Part shown: positions 16,895 through 24,811 of the stretch, one piece after another | How positions within the stretch are numbered: position 1 is the first letter of the stretch | Layout: each line of letters begins with the position of its first letter | From: Longivirga aurantiaca | GTDB taxonomy: Bacteria; Actinomycetota; Actinomycetes; S36-B12; CAIYMF01 | DNA: 32,000 nt | NCBI RefSeq assembly: GCF_042660085.1 | Contig: NZ_JBHSTI010000001.1 | Span: forward strand, 1 to 32,000 | Reading direction: 5' to 3' | Notes under the pieces: generated by a model | The model's input: the letters and a program-made list of their open reading frames with translations, nothing else | Databases searched by the model: none | What the model was told of the DNA's origin: nothing | Translations under genes and position numbers: made by a program

Positions 16895-17524
16895 GTGGCA
16901 CTCGCGGTCCAGGCCTCCCTGCTCGACCTCGCCGACGACGTGCGCCTCGGGGCGCTCGGCGGCCGGGTCCGCCGCACCCTGCTCGCGCACGGCGCCTGGG
17001 TCGACCACCGCCCGGGCTGGGTGGAGGGCTCCGACTCCGTGCTCGACACCCTCGTGCGCGACATCCCCTGGCGCAGCGAGCGGCGCCGGATGTACGACCG
17101 CGTCGTCGACGTCCCGCGCCTCATCAGCTGGTACGACGACGCCCGCGACCTGCCGGTGCCGGTCCTCGTCGACGCACGGGCGGCGCTGTCGGCGTACTAC
17201 GCCCCCGAGCTCGGCGAGCCGTTCGTCAGCGCGGGCTGCTGCTTCTACCGCGACGGCCGGGACTCCGTGGCCTGGCACGGCGACACCATCGGCCGCGGAG
17301 CCACCGACGACACCATGGTGGCGATCGTGTCGTTCGGCTCGCCGCGCACGCTGGCGCTGCGTCCGCGCGGCGGCGGGCCGAGCCTCACCTTCCCGCTCGG
17401 CCACGGCGACCTGCTCGTGATGGGCGGGTCGTGCCAGCGCACCTGGGAGCACGCGGTCCCGAAGACCTCGCGCGCGGTCGGGCCGCGCGTGAGCATCCAG
17501 CTCCGACCCGCCGGGGTCGCCTGA
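16895..17524 (+). CDS. AlkB-like 2-oxoglutarate/Fe(II)-dependent dioxygenase
   Basis: 209 aa from GTG; LSAYYAPELGEPFVSAGCCFYRDGRDSVAWHGDTIGRG (HxD), GDLLVMGGSCQRTWEHAVPK, RVSIQLR. Confidence 0.9.
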   Translation: MALAVQASLLDLADDVRLGALGGRVRRTLLAHGAWVDHRPGWVEGSDSVLDTLVRDIPWRSERRRMYDRVVDVPRLISWYDDARDLPVPVLVDARAALSAYYAPELGEPFVSAGCCFYRDGRDSVAWHGDTIGRGATDDTMVAIVSFGSPRTLALRPRGGGPSLTFPLGHGDLLVMGGSCQRTWEHAVPKTSRAVGPRVSIQLRPAGVA

Positions 17525-17543
17525 TCCCCTGTTCGGGCCTCTG

Positions 17544-17596
17544 GCACGGGTCGCGGGCCCGGCCTCCTCGCGGAGACCGGACCCGTGACCCGGTGC
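17544..17596. terminator. Imperfect stem-loop between convergent genes
   Basis: gcacgggtcgcgggcccgg (17544-17562) can pair with ccggacccgtgacccggtgc (17577-17596) with one bulge and G-U pairs. Confidence 0.5.
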
Positions 17597-17602
17597 GGAC
17601 CG

Positions 17603-19144
17603 TCAGCCCATGTGCACGACGGCGGAGTCGTCGGCGGCCTCCACCGCGTCCTTGCCGATCTTCAGGAACACCGCGGTGATCACCGCAGCCGCGACCAGGA
17701 AGAACCCGCCCCAGAGGAACGCCTGGGTGTAGCCCTCGGTGAGCGCGATCTTGGTCGTGGCGTCGGTCGGCTCGCCGGGGTTGGCCACGAACCACGCCGT
17801 GGTGGCGGCCACGGCGATCGTGTTCAGCAGGGCCGTGCCGACCGAGCCGCCCACCTGCTGGGTGGTGTTGAGCACCGCCGACGCGACGCCGGCGTCCTCG
17901 CGACCGATGCCGTGCAGCGACGTCGTGGAGATCGGGATGAACACGTGGGCCATGCTCACGCTCATCACGACCATCGCCGGGAACACGTGGGTCCAGTAGT
18001 TGGAGTCGGCCTCGAGGGTCGAGAGCCAGAACAGTCCGATCGAGGCCCCGATGAGGCCGGGGATGATGAGCGGCTTGGGCCCCACGCGCGGCAGGAGCTG
18101 GCTCGCCACGCCCGCGCCCAGGATGATGCCGATGCTGAACGGCAGGAACGCGAAGCCCGCCACCACCGGGGTCATCTCGAGGACGACCTGCAGGTAGAGG
18201 CCGAGGAACAGGAACATCGCGAACATGCCGATGCCGACGACGAGGTTGACGGCGTAGCTGGTGCCGCGGTTGCGGTCGCGCAGGATGCGCAGCGGCAGCA
18301 GCGGGCTCACGGCGCGGCTCTCGATGACGAAGAACGCGACGAGCAGCACGATCGCGGCGCCGAACCAGACGAGGGTCGCGGTGTCGGTCCAGTGCGCGGT
18401 GTCCTGGAAGCCCTGCGGCGCGGCCTTGGTGAAGGCGTACACGAGGGCGACGAGGCCGAGGGTGGCGGTGATGGCGCCGGCGACGTCGTAGCGCGCGGCA
18501 CCGGTGGCCTTGCTCTCCTTGACGAAGCGCGAGGCGAGCACGGCCGCCACGATCGCGATCGGCACGTTGACGAACAGGCACCAGCGCCACGAGAAGTACT
18601 GCGTCAGGACGCCGCCGAGCAGCAGGCCGACCGCGGCGCCACCGCCGGAGATGGCGCCGTAGACGCCGAACGCGCGTGCGCGCTCCTTGGGCTCGTGGAA
18701 GGTGACCGTGAGCAGCGACAGCGCCGCGGGCGCGAGCAGGGCGGCGAACGCGCCCTGGAGGGCGCGGGCGGCGAAGAGCATCTCGGGGCTGGCCGCGAGG
18801 CCACCGAGCGCGGAGGCGAAGGCGAAGCCGATGAGGCCGACGATGAAGATCTTCTTGCGGCCGACGTAGTCGGCGATGCGCCCGCCGAGCAGCAGCAGAC
18901 CGCCGAAAGCGAGGGTGTACGCGGTGATGACCCACTGCTGGTCGGCGTCGGCGATGCCGAGGTCGGCCTTCGCTGCCGGCAGCGCGAGATTCACGATCGA
19001 GGCGTCGAGCACGACCATCAGCGCGCTGATGCCGATGACGAACAGGGCCCGCCAGCGGTTGGGGTCGGGCACGACGTCGTAACCGTGCTCGTTCACCTCG
19101 CCAGAGGTTGCGGTCGAGGCCGCGAGGTCGGGGGTGTTGGACAC
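17603..19144 (-). CDS. DHA2-type MFS drug transporter (14-TM class)
   Basis: From GTG 19144 with upstream SD-like ggaagg; WVITAYTLAFGGLLLLGGRIADYVGRKKIF, GALAALLAPAALSLLTVTF, repeated TM segments. Confidence 0.92.
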   Translation of the reverse strand: MSNTPDLAASTATSGEVNEHGYDVVPDPNRWRALFVIGISALMVVLDASIVNLALPAAKADLGIADADQQWVITAYTLAFGGLLLLGGRIADYVGRKKIFIVGLIGFAFASALGGLAASPEMLFAARALQGAFAALLAPAALSLLTVTFHEPKERARAFGVYGAISGGGAAVGLLLGGVLTQYFSWRWCLFVNVPIAIVAAVLASRFVKESKATGAARYDVAGAITATLGLVALVYAFTKAAPQGFQDTAHWTDTATLVWFGAAIVLLVAFFVIESRAVSPLLPLRILRDRNRGTSYAVNLVVGIGMFAMFLFLGLYLQVVLEMTPVVAGFAFLPFSIGIILGAGVASQLLPRVGPKPLIIPGLIGASIGLFWLSTLEADSNYWTHVFPAMVVMSVSMAHVFIPISTTSLHGIGREDAGVASAVLNTTQQVGGSVGTALLNTIAVAATTAWFVANPGEPTDATTKIALTEGYTQAFLWGGFFLVAAAVITAVFLKIGKDAVEAADDSAVVHMG

Positions 19145-19382
19145 GGTGGTGCCTTCCGCTTCGGGTGCGGGCGCCGGGAGGCACCTGTTCGTGGTGGCAC
19201 CCGGCTGGGTCGCAGGGGGTGCTCTCGGGCTGGTGTGCCGCGGTGGACCCGCGGCTCGAGGCGCAACCATCGCCGCCCCGGTGTTGTTCCCACTCTGCCT
19301 GAGCGGTCCGACACCGGCTTCTTCGTTTCTGCTGCGCTGGTTCGGGCTCAACCCGCAGCCAGCCGACGGCTACGGTGACCGC

Positions 19383-20162
19383 ATGACCTCGGCGTTGCGT
19401 ACCGTGCGCGCGACCCGCTACGTGCTCGCCCTGCGCGAGGGCGGCTCGTTGCCGGGCATCGTCGAGGCCGACGACCTGGGCACCTACGTGCTCAAGTTCC
19501 GCGGCGCGGGCCAGGGCCTGCTCGCCCTCGTGGCCGAGGTGGTGACGGGCGAGCTCGCCCGCCGCCTCGGCCTGCCGGTGCCCGAGCTGGTGCTGGCCGA
19601 GCTCGACGGCGGCCTCGCCAACGCCGAGCCCGACGAGGAGGTGCAGGACCTCCTGCGCGCGAGCCACGGCCTCAACCTCGGGATGGACTTCCTGCCCGGC
19701 GCCCTCGGCCTGGAGCGGCCCGACGGCGTCGACCCGCGCCTCGCAGCGCAGGTCGTCTGGTTCGACGCGCTCGTGCTCAACGTCGACCGCTCGTGGCGCA
19801 ACCCCAACCTGCTGCGCTGGCACGGCGACCCGTACCTCATCGACCACGGCGCGGCCCTCTACTTCCACCACGACTGGTCGAGCGCGGCGACCGTGCCGGG
19901 GCGGGCCTACCCCTCGCCGCGCGACCACGTGCTCATGCCCGTGGCCGGCCCCCTCGACGCCGCCCACGCCGCGCTCGCACCCCGCGTCACCGCCGAGCTG
20001 CTCGACGAGGTGCTCGGGCTCGTGCCCGACCAGTGGCTGACCGCGGACGACGCTCACGCCGACGAGCGGCGTACGGCGTACCGCGACCTCCTGCTCGCCC
20101 GCGCGACGAACGCCGACGCGTGGCTCCCCGCCCTGGAGGTGGCCCGTGCCTCATACCTATGA
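19383..20162 (+). CDS. HipA family kinase
   Basis: 259 aa from ATG 19383; YVLKFRGAGQG, FDALVLNVDRSWRNPNLL, PYLIDHGAALYFHHDW. No HipB-like helix-turn-helix partner upstream. Confidence 0.82.
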   Translation: MTSALRTVRATRYVLALREGGSLPGIVEADDLGTYVLKFRGAGQGLLALVAEVVTGELARRLGLPVPELVLAELDGGLANAEPDEEVQDLLRASHGLNLGMDFLPGALGLERPDGVDPRLAAQVVWFDALVLNVDRSWRNPNLLRWHGDPYLIDHGAALYFHHDWSSAATVPGRAYPSPRDHVLMPVAGPLDAAHAALAPRVTAELLDEVLGLVPDQWLTADDAHADERRTAYRDLLLARATNADAWLPALEVARASYL

Positions 20163-20532
20163 GTGGGCGGTGCTGCGGGTCGTCCCGCGCGTGGAGCGCT
20201 GCGAGTTCGTGAACGTCGGCGTGGTCGTCTACTGCCAGGCGCTCGACTACCTGGCCTGCTCCGTCGCCGACGACCTCGGCCGGGCCCTGTCTCTCGACCC
20301 GACGCTCGACGTCGAGGGCGTGCGCGCCCACCTCGACGCCGTCCGCGCGGTCTGCGAGGGATCGCCCGAGGCGGGCGCGAACGGTGCCCGCAAGCAGGGC
20401 GAGCGCTTCCGATGGCTCGTCGCCCCCCGCAGCACCGTGGTGCAGCCCTCCCCCGTGCACACGGGCATCACCGAGTCCCCGGAGGCCGAGCTGGCCGACC
20501 TTGCGGCGCGGATGGTCGCGCCGCCCTCGTAG
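20146..20532 (+). CDS. DUF3037 domain-containing protein
   Basis: 128 aa; YEWAVLRVVPRVERCEFVNVGVVVYCQALDYL. Overlaps the HipA-like gene by 17 nt. Confidence 0.85.
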   Translation: MPHTYEWAVLRVVPRVERCEFVNVGVVVYCQALDYLACSVADDLGRALSLDPTLDVEGVRAHLDAVRAVCEGSPEAGANGARKQGERFRWLVAPRSTVVQPSPVHTGITESPEAELADLAARMVAPPS

Positions 20533-20579
20533 GCCCCCTCCTGGACACGCGCCGGGCGGGATTGGCTACCCTCCATGCC

Positions 20580-20789
20580 ATGAGCGGCGCAGAGAGCACC
20601 CACGACGAGCACCACGCCCACAAGGACAGCCCGGTCGCGGCGTCCATCGTCGGGCTGGTCATCGTGATGATCTTCGGCCAGGCCTTCGCCGTGCTCAACA
20701 GCGGCACCTGGGAGACCGGGGTGATCATCGCCGCCGTCGTCCTGGCCGCCTGGACCCTCGTGACGATCTGGGTCCTCGACCGCGACTGA
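20580..20789 (+). CDS. Small two-TM membrane protein of unknown function
   Basis: 69 aa from ATG 20580; two hydrophobic stretches. TACCCT box 7 nt upstream of the start. Confidence 0.6.
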   Translation: MSGAESTHDEHHAHKDSPVAASIVGLVIVMIFGQAFAVLNSGTWETGVIIAAVVLAAWTLVTIWVLDRD

Positions 20790-20810
20790 CCCCGGCCGAC
20801 GCCTCGTGCG

Positions 20811-22877
20811 TCAGTCCGACCCCTCGCCGCGACGCTTCTCGCTGTCGGCGAGCCGCGCGAGGTACGCGTTGTAGTCCGCGTGCACGTCGCGCCCCCTGCC
20901 CGTCGACGCCGCGCGCTCCTGGGCCCGGTCGCCGCGCCTCGCCTCGCGCTCGTCGCTCTTCACCCACTGCAGGAACAGCGCGATCATCACGATCACGATG
21001 GGCACCTCGCCCAGCGCCCAGCCGATGCTCCCGCCGAGGTGCTGGTCGGCCAGCAGGTCGGTGAGGTACGGCCGCTCCAGCCCGCCGAACCAGTCCTCGG
21101 CGAGGACCTGCGTGGTGGCCATGATCGCCAGCGAGAAGAACGAGTGCAGCGGTATCACGACCAGCAGGATGATGATGCGCACGAGGTACGGCGGACGCGT
21201 GGGCCCCGGGTCGACGCCGATGAGGCTCCAGAAGAAGAGCGAGCCGGCGAGCAGGAAGTGCACGCCCATGAAGATGTGGCCCCAGTGGCTCGTCATGAGC
21301 GTCGGGAACAGCGCCGTCAGGTAGAGGACGTAGAAGCTCGCCACGAAGATGACGGCCGCCACGATCGGGTTGGAGATCACCGTCACGTACCGCGAGTGGA
21401 TGACCATCGTGAGCCACTCGCGGGGGCCCACCTGGTCGCCACCCCGCGGGAGCGTGCGCAGCGCGAGGGTCACGGGCGCCCCGAGCACGAGGAAGATCGG
21501 CGCCACCATGCTCAGCACCATGTGCTGAACCATGTGCACGCTGAACAGCACCGACGCGTACGTCGCCAGCCCGGTGTTGGTCGCGACCAGGATCAGCGCG
21601 CAGCCGACGTACCAGAGCAGGCTGCGGCTGACCGGCCACCGGTCGCCCTCGCGCCGCAGGACGTGGGTGCCCGTCGCGTAGAGCGCGATCATCAGGCAGC
21701 CGACCGCCAGCCAGAAGCCGTCGAGCCGCGCCTCGCCCCAGAGCAGCCCCGTGAGCGAGGGAACCGGCGGCAGGTCGAAGCCGAGCAGCAGCCTCGCCGG
21801 GCTGAGCGCGTCGACGGGCAGCTCGCCCGAGACGGGCGGCGGCGTGCGCGACAGCGCGACCGCGACACCGACGGTCGCTGCCATCACGAGCACCTCGACC
21901 GCCGCGATGCGCAGGAACCCGCGCCGCGCGGTGTCGCCCGAGAGCGCGGGCAGCACGTGCCGCCGGTGCCAGACGCCGAACCACGCGAGCGCGCCGATCA
22001 GCACCACCTTGAGCAGCACGAGCCGGCCGTACGACGTGCTCAGCAGATCCGACGGGGAGGCGAGCCGCACCGCGGCGCTCGCGACGCCCGACAGGGCGAG
22101 GGCCACCGCGCACCACAGTGCGAGCCGGCTGAACCGCGGCACCGCCACCGGCAGCGGGCGCCGGTCGCTCGAGCCGAGGAGGACGAGCGCGACGAGCCCG
22201 CCGACCCACACCGAAGCGGCGAGCACGTGGAGCATGAGGCTCGAGACGGCGAGGGTGTGCTGGTCGGAGGTGCCCGCGTGCGACACGAGCGTGGTGGGCA
22301 GCGTCGCTCCGAGCGCGACCAGGCAGAGCAGGCCCGCACCGGTCGTGGTGCGGATCCACCGGGCGCACACCGCGACGCTCAGGGCGAGCAGCAGCTGCAC
22401 GAGCAGGGCGCGTCCGAGCTCGACGTCGGAGACGAAGCTCCGGAGCAGGGTCGGGTCGAGCACCTCGCCGATCGGCAGCGCGATGATGTCCGACAGCGAC
22501 GTCACCATCTGGCCCAGGACGATGGCGCACCAGACGAGCGCCGACCAACGCGCTGCCCGGGTCCAGGTGAGGCGTGCACCGCGCAGGAGCCCGTCGCGCG
22601 CAGGCACGAGCACCGCACCGAGCAGCAGCAGCCCTACCGTGAGCACCGCCGCCAGGTCGCCGAGCACCCGCAGCACCGGCACCGCCCACTGCGTGCCGAG
22701 GCCGGGGTCGGGCAGCCCGTCGGGGGCGGTGACCGGTCGACCGTCGCCGACCCAGAGCAGCAGGGCCATCACCGTCACGGCGACGACGACGGCGGCGCCG
22801 AGCAGCACGGCGGGGCGCGGGGCGGCAGCGCCGTCCGCCTCCCGTCTCTGCGGCTGGGCCGCCGTCGTGGTGGTCAT
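20811..22877 (-). CDS. CopD domain / CtaG-like cytochrome c oxidase assembly fusion membrane protein
   Basis: 688 aa from ATG 22877. N-terminal CopD-like multi-TM (VSHAGTSDQHTLAVSSLMLHVLAASVWVGGLVAL) and C-terminal caa3_CtaG-like (FSVHMVQHMVLSMVAPIFLVLGAPVTLALR). Confidence 0.9.
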   Translation of the reverse strand: MTTTTAAQPQRREADGAAAPRPAVLLGAAVVVAVTVMALLLWVGDGRPVTAPDGLPDPGLGTQWAVPVLRVLGDLAAVLTVGLLLLGAVLVPARDGLLRGARLTWTRAARWSALVWCAIVLGQMVTSLSDIIALPIGEVLDPTLLRSFVSDVELGRALLVQLLLALSVAVCARWIRTTTGAGLLCLVALGATLPTTLVSHAGTSDQHTLAVSSLMLHVLAASVWVGGLVALVLLGSSDRRPLPVAVPRFSRLALWCAVALALSGVASAAVRLASPSDLLSTSYGRLVLLKVVLIGALAWFGVWHRRHVLPALSGDTARRGFLRIAAVEVLVMAATVGVAVALSRTPPPVSGELPVDALSPARLLLGFDLPPVPSLTGLLWGEARLDGFWLAVGCLMIALYATGTHVLRREGDRWPVSRSLLWYVGCALILVATNTGLATYASVLFSVHMVQHMVLSMVAPIFLVLGAPVTLALRTLPRGGDQVGPREWLTMVIHSRYVTVISNPIVAAVIFVASFYVLYLTALFPTLMTSHWGHIFMGVHFLLAGSLFFWSLIGVDPGPTRPPYLVRIIILLVVIPLHSFFSLAIMATTQVLAEDWFGGLERPYLTDLLADQHLGGSIGWALGEVPIVIVMIALFLQWVKSDEREARRGDRAQERAASTGRGRDVHADYNAYLARLADSEKRRGEGSD

Positions 22878-23542
22878 GACGAGGAGCCTGCCTTGCCACG
22901 GCGTGAGGCCGCCACCGCAGCGGTCGCCAGGACGAGCACGGCGAGGCCGCCGAGCACCCACGGCAGGGCCGATCCTCCGGTGGCCTCGGACGAGACCGGC
23001 GACGTGCTGGGCTCGGGCTCGACCGATGCGCTGCCGGTCGGTGCTGCCGCCGACGACCCGGACGGCTCCGCGGTCCCGGGCTCCGAGGCCGACTCGCTCG
23101 GCTCGTCCGTGGCCGTCGGGCTCGGCGACGGCACCGAGGCGACGGTGAACATGAGGCTGCCGGTGACGGGATGCCCGTCCGAGGAGACGACGCGGTACGA
23201 CACCCGCACCTCGCCGGCGACGGTGGGCGGCGTGATGGCCCGGGTGATGACTGCGCCGTCGACGACGAGCGGGCCGTCGGCGAGCCGCACGCCGGCGGAG
23301 TCGGTGACGACGACGGCCGTGCCGAGCTCCAGCACCTCCTCGCCGAAGGTGAGGGTGACGGCCGCGGGTGCCTCCTCGAGCGAGGCGCCGTCAGCCGGGT
23401 CGGTCGAGACGAGCTCGTCGTGCGCCGAGGCCGGGGACGCGAGCGCCACCGGGGCGAGGACCAGTGCGGCGGCCGCGACCGCGGCGCCGACAAGCGATCG
23501 GATCCGGCGCCGCGAGGCGCGAGCAGGACGGGACGTGGACAT
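22874..23542 (-). CDS. CopC domain-containing copper resistance protein with C-terminal TM anchor
   Basis: From ATG 23542. Signal peptide ending ASA then HDELVSTDPADGASLEEAPAAVTLTFGEEV, SSDGHPVTGSLMF, P/S/T/E linker and C-terminal TM. 4-nt overlap with the next gene. Confidence 0.92.
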   Translation of the reverse strand: MSTSRPARASRRRIRSLVGAAVAAAALVLAPVALASPASAHDELVSTDPADGASLEEAPAAVTLTFGEEVLELGTAVVVTDSAGVRLADGPLVVDGAVITRAITPPTVAGEVRVSYRVVSSDGHPVTGSLMFTVASVPSPSPTATDEPSESASEPGTAEPSGSSAAAPTGSASVEPEPSTSPVSSEATGGSALPWVLGGLAVLVLATAAVAASRRGKAGSSS

Positions 23543-23596
23543 GCAGGACCTTCTGTCGGTGGTGGGGTGGCGGCAGCGCACGCCCCACCTTCCAGG

Positions 23597-24181
23597 TCAG
23601 CAGGGCGCGAGGAGCCTCGGCGGCCCGCGCCGCGGGCGTCGGCCGACCACGACCAGGCCGGTGCCGGACACAGCCGCCGAGCAGCCCGTGACCGCGAGCG
23701 TCACCATCGCCGGGACGGTGGCGCGCGCGGTGACCAGCCGGACAGCGTGCACCAGCGACCAGAGCGAGAGGGCGCACGCCTCGAGTGCCGCGAGGAGGAG
23801 GGCCGCGACCACCACGGCCGCCGCGTGCGCGAGCAGCATCCGGCCGTCGGGCCCGACGTGCGCGTGGGCCGGGTGCGACGCCGGGCCCACCGCGGACAGG
23901 CGCGGGTCGACGGCACCCGTCGGCGACGTGAGCCACAGGACGCCGTGCACCGCGGGCTGCGCGGCGACGAGGGCCACCAGCAGGCGCGGCGCCGTCCACC
24001 GCTGCGCCGAGGCGACGACGGTGCCGGCCACGACCAGGGCCAGCGCCGCGACGACCGCCGGCGTGACGGCGTCGCCGCCGCCGAGCACGTGGCCGCCGAC
24101 GGCGACGAGCGCCCCGACCAGCCCCACCACGAGGCCGCGGACGCGCCGCAGCGGCGTCACAGGTCGTCGGCTGCCGGTCAC
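23597..24181 (-). CDS. Hypothetical multi-TM membrane protein
   Basis: 194 aa from GTG 24181, several hydrophobic helices and a His-containing segment (SHPAHAHVGPDGRMLLAHAAA). Preceded by TACGAT 6 nt upstream of the start. Confidence 0.6.
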   Translation of the reverse strand: MTGSRRPVTPLRRVRGLVVGLVGALVAVGGHVLGGGDAVTPAVVAALALVVAGTVVASAQRWTAPRLLVALVAAQPAVHGVLWLTSPTGAVDPRLSAVGPASHPAHAHVGPDGRMLLAHAAAVVVAALLLAALEACALSLWSLVHAVRLVTARATVPAMVTLAVTGCSAAVSGTGLVVVGRRPRRGPPRLLAPC

Positions 24182-24405
24182 CCGGCCATCGTAGGTGAGG
24201 GCCGGGGGCCCGCCCGCTGGGGCTGCGGTGAACGGCGGGAGAGCGAGCCGGGGCTTCGTCCGTCCCCGAGCCTCGCCCGCGCGTGCGGGGAACCTCTCAG
24301 TTGCCTCTCCCCGGTGGGATCGGAGCCCTCACCGCGCCAGAATGCACGTGCGCGCGCCGTGAGCGAGCACGCCATCCGGCGCCAGGCACCGACGGAGAGA
24401 GAGTC

Positions 24406-24777
24406 ATGAGCGACATCACCGCGGAGACCGTGAACCGCGCTCGCCTCGACTCCCTCGTCGACGAGATCGGCGACCAGGACATCGTCCGCCAGGCCGTGCA
24501 GAGCTTCCTCGACGAGCTGGTCGAGCGCCTCCAGGCGATCCGGACCACGATCTCGGGCGGCGACGCCGCGGAGATCAAGAAGGCCGCGCACGCCCTCGGC
24601 TCGCCGGCGGCCATGCTCGGCGCGATCGAGGTCAACCGCATCTGCCGCGCCATGCAGGACCAGTGCGACGCCGGCGGGGACGTGCTCGCGCCTGTGATGG
24701 CCGACCTCGACGCCAGCTCCGCGCGCACAGTGTCCGGGCTGCGGGCGTACCTCGCCGAGTCGGCGGCCACCGCCTGA
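24406..24777 (+). CDS. Stand-alone Hpt (histidine phosphotransfer) domain protein
   Basis: 123 aa from ATG 24406 with upstream SD-like ggagagag. Helical protein with the Hpt-like motif AAHALGSPAAMLGA (candidate His62, codon 24589-24591). Confidence 0.82.
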   Translation: MSDITAETVNRARLDSLVDEIGDQDIVRQAVQSFLDELVERLQAIRTTISGGDAAEIKKAAHALGSPAAMLGAIEVNRICRAMQDQCDAGGDVLAPVMADLDASSARTVSGLRAYLAESAATA

Positions 24778-24811
24778 GCCGTGCGCCCCGCGCGCGGTCT
24801 GCGTCGGCGGC

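Noticed and set aside
17585-20057. Long ORFs (597 aa + and 890 aa -) over the transporter and HipA region
   Set aside because: Shadow ORFs with biased composition. The MFS transporter and HipA-like frames are clearly the coding ones.
19383-20162. HipA-family gene as a canonical HipBA toxin-antitoxin persistence module
   Set aside because: No HipB-like DNA-binding gene is adjacent. The partner is DUF3037, so a toxin-antitoxin label is not supported.
20880-24194. Very long plus-strand ORF (1104 aa) opposite the CopC/CopD-CtaG genes
   Set aside because: Low-complexity Arg/His/Ala/Asp-rich translation typical of antisense reading in GC-rich DNA. The minus-strand ORFs have clear family motifs, signal peptides and TM helices.
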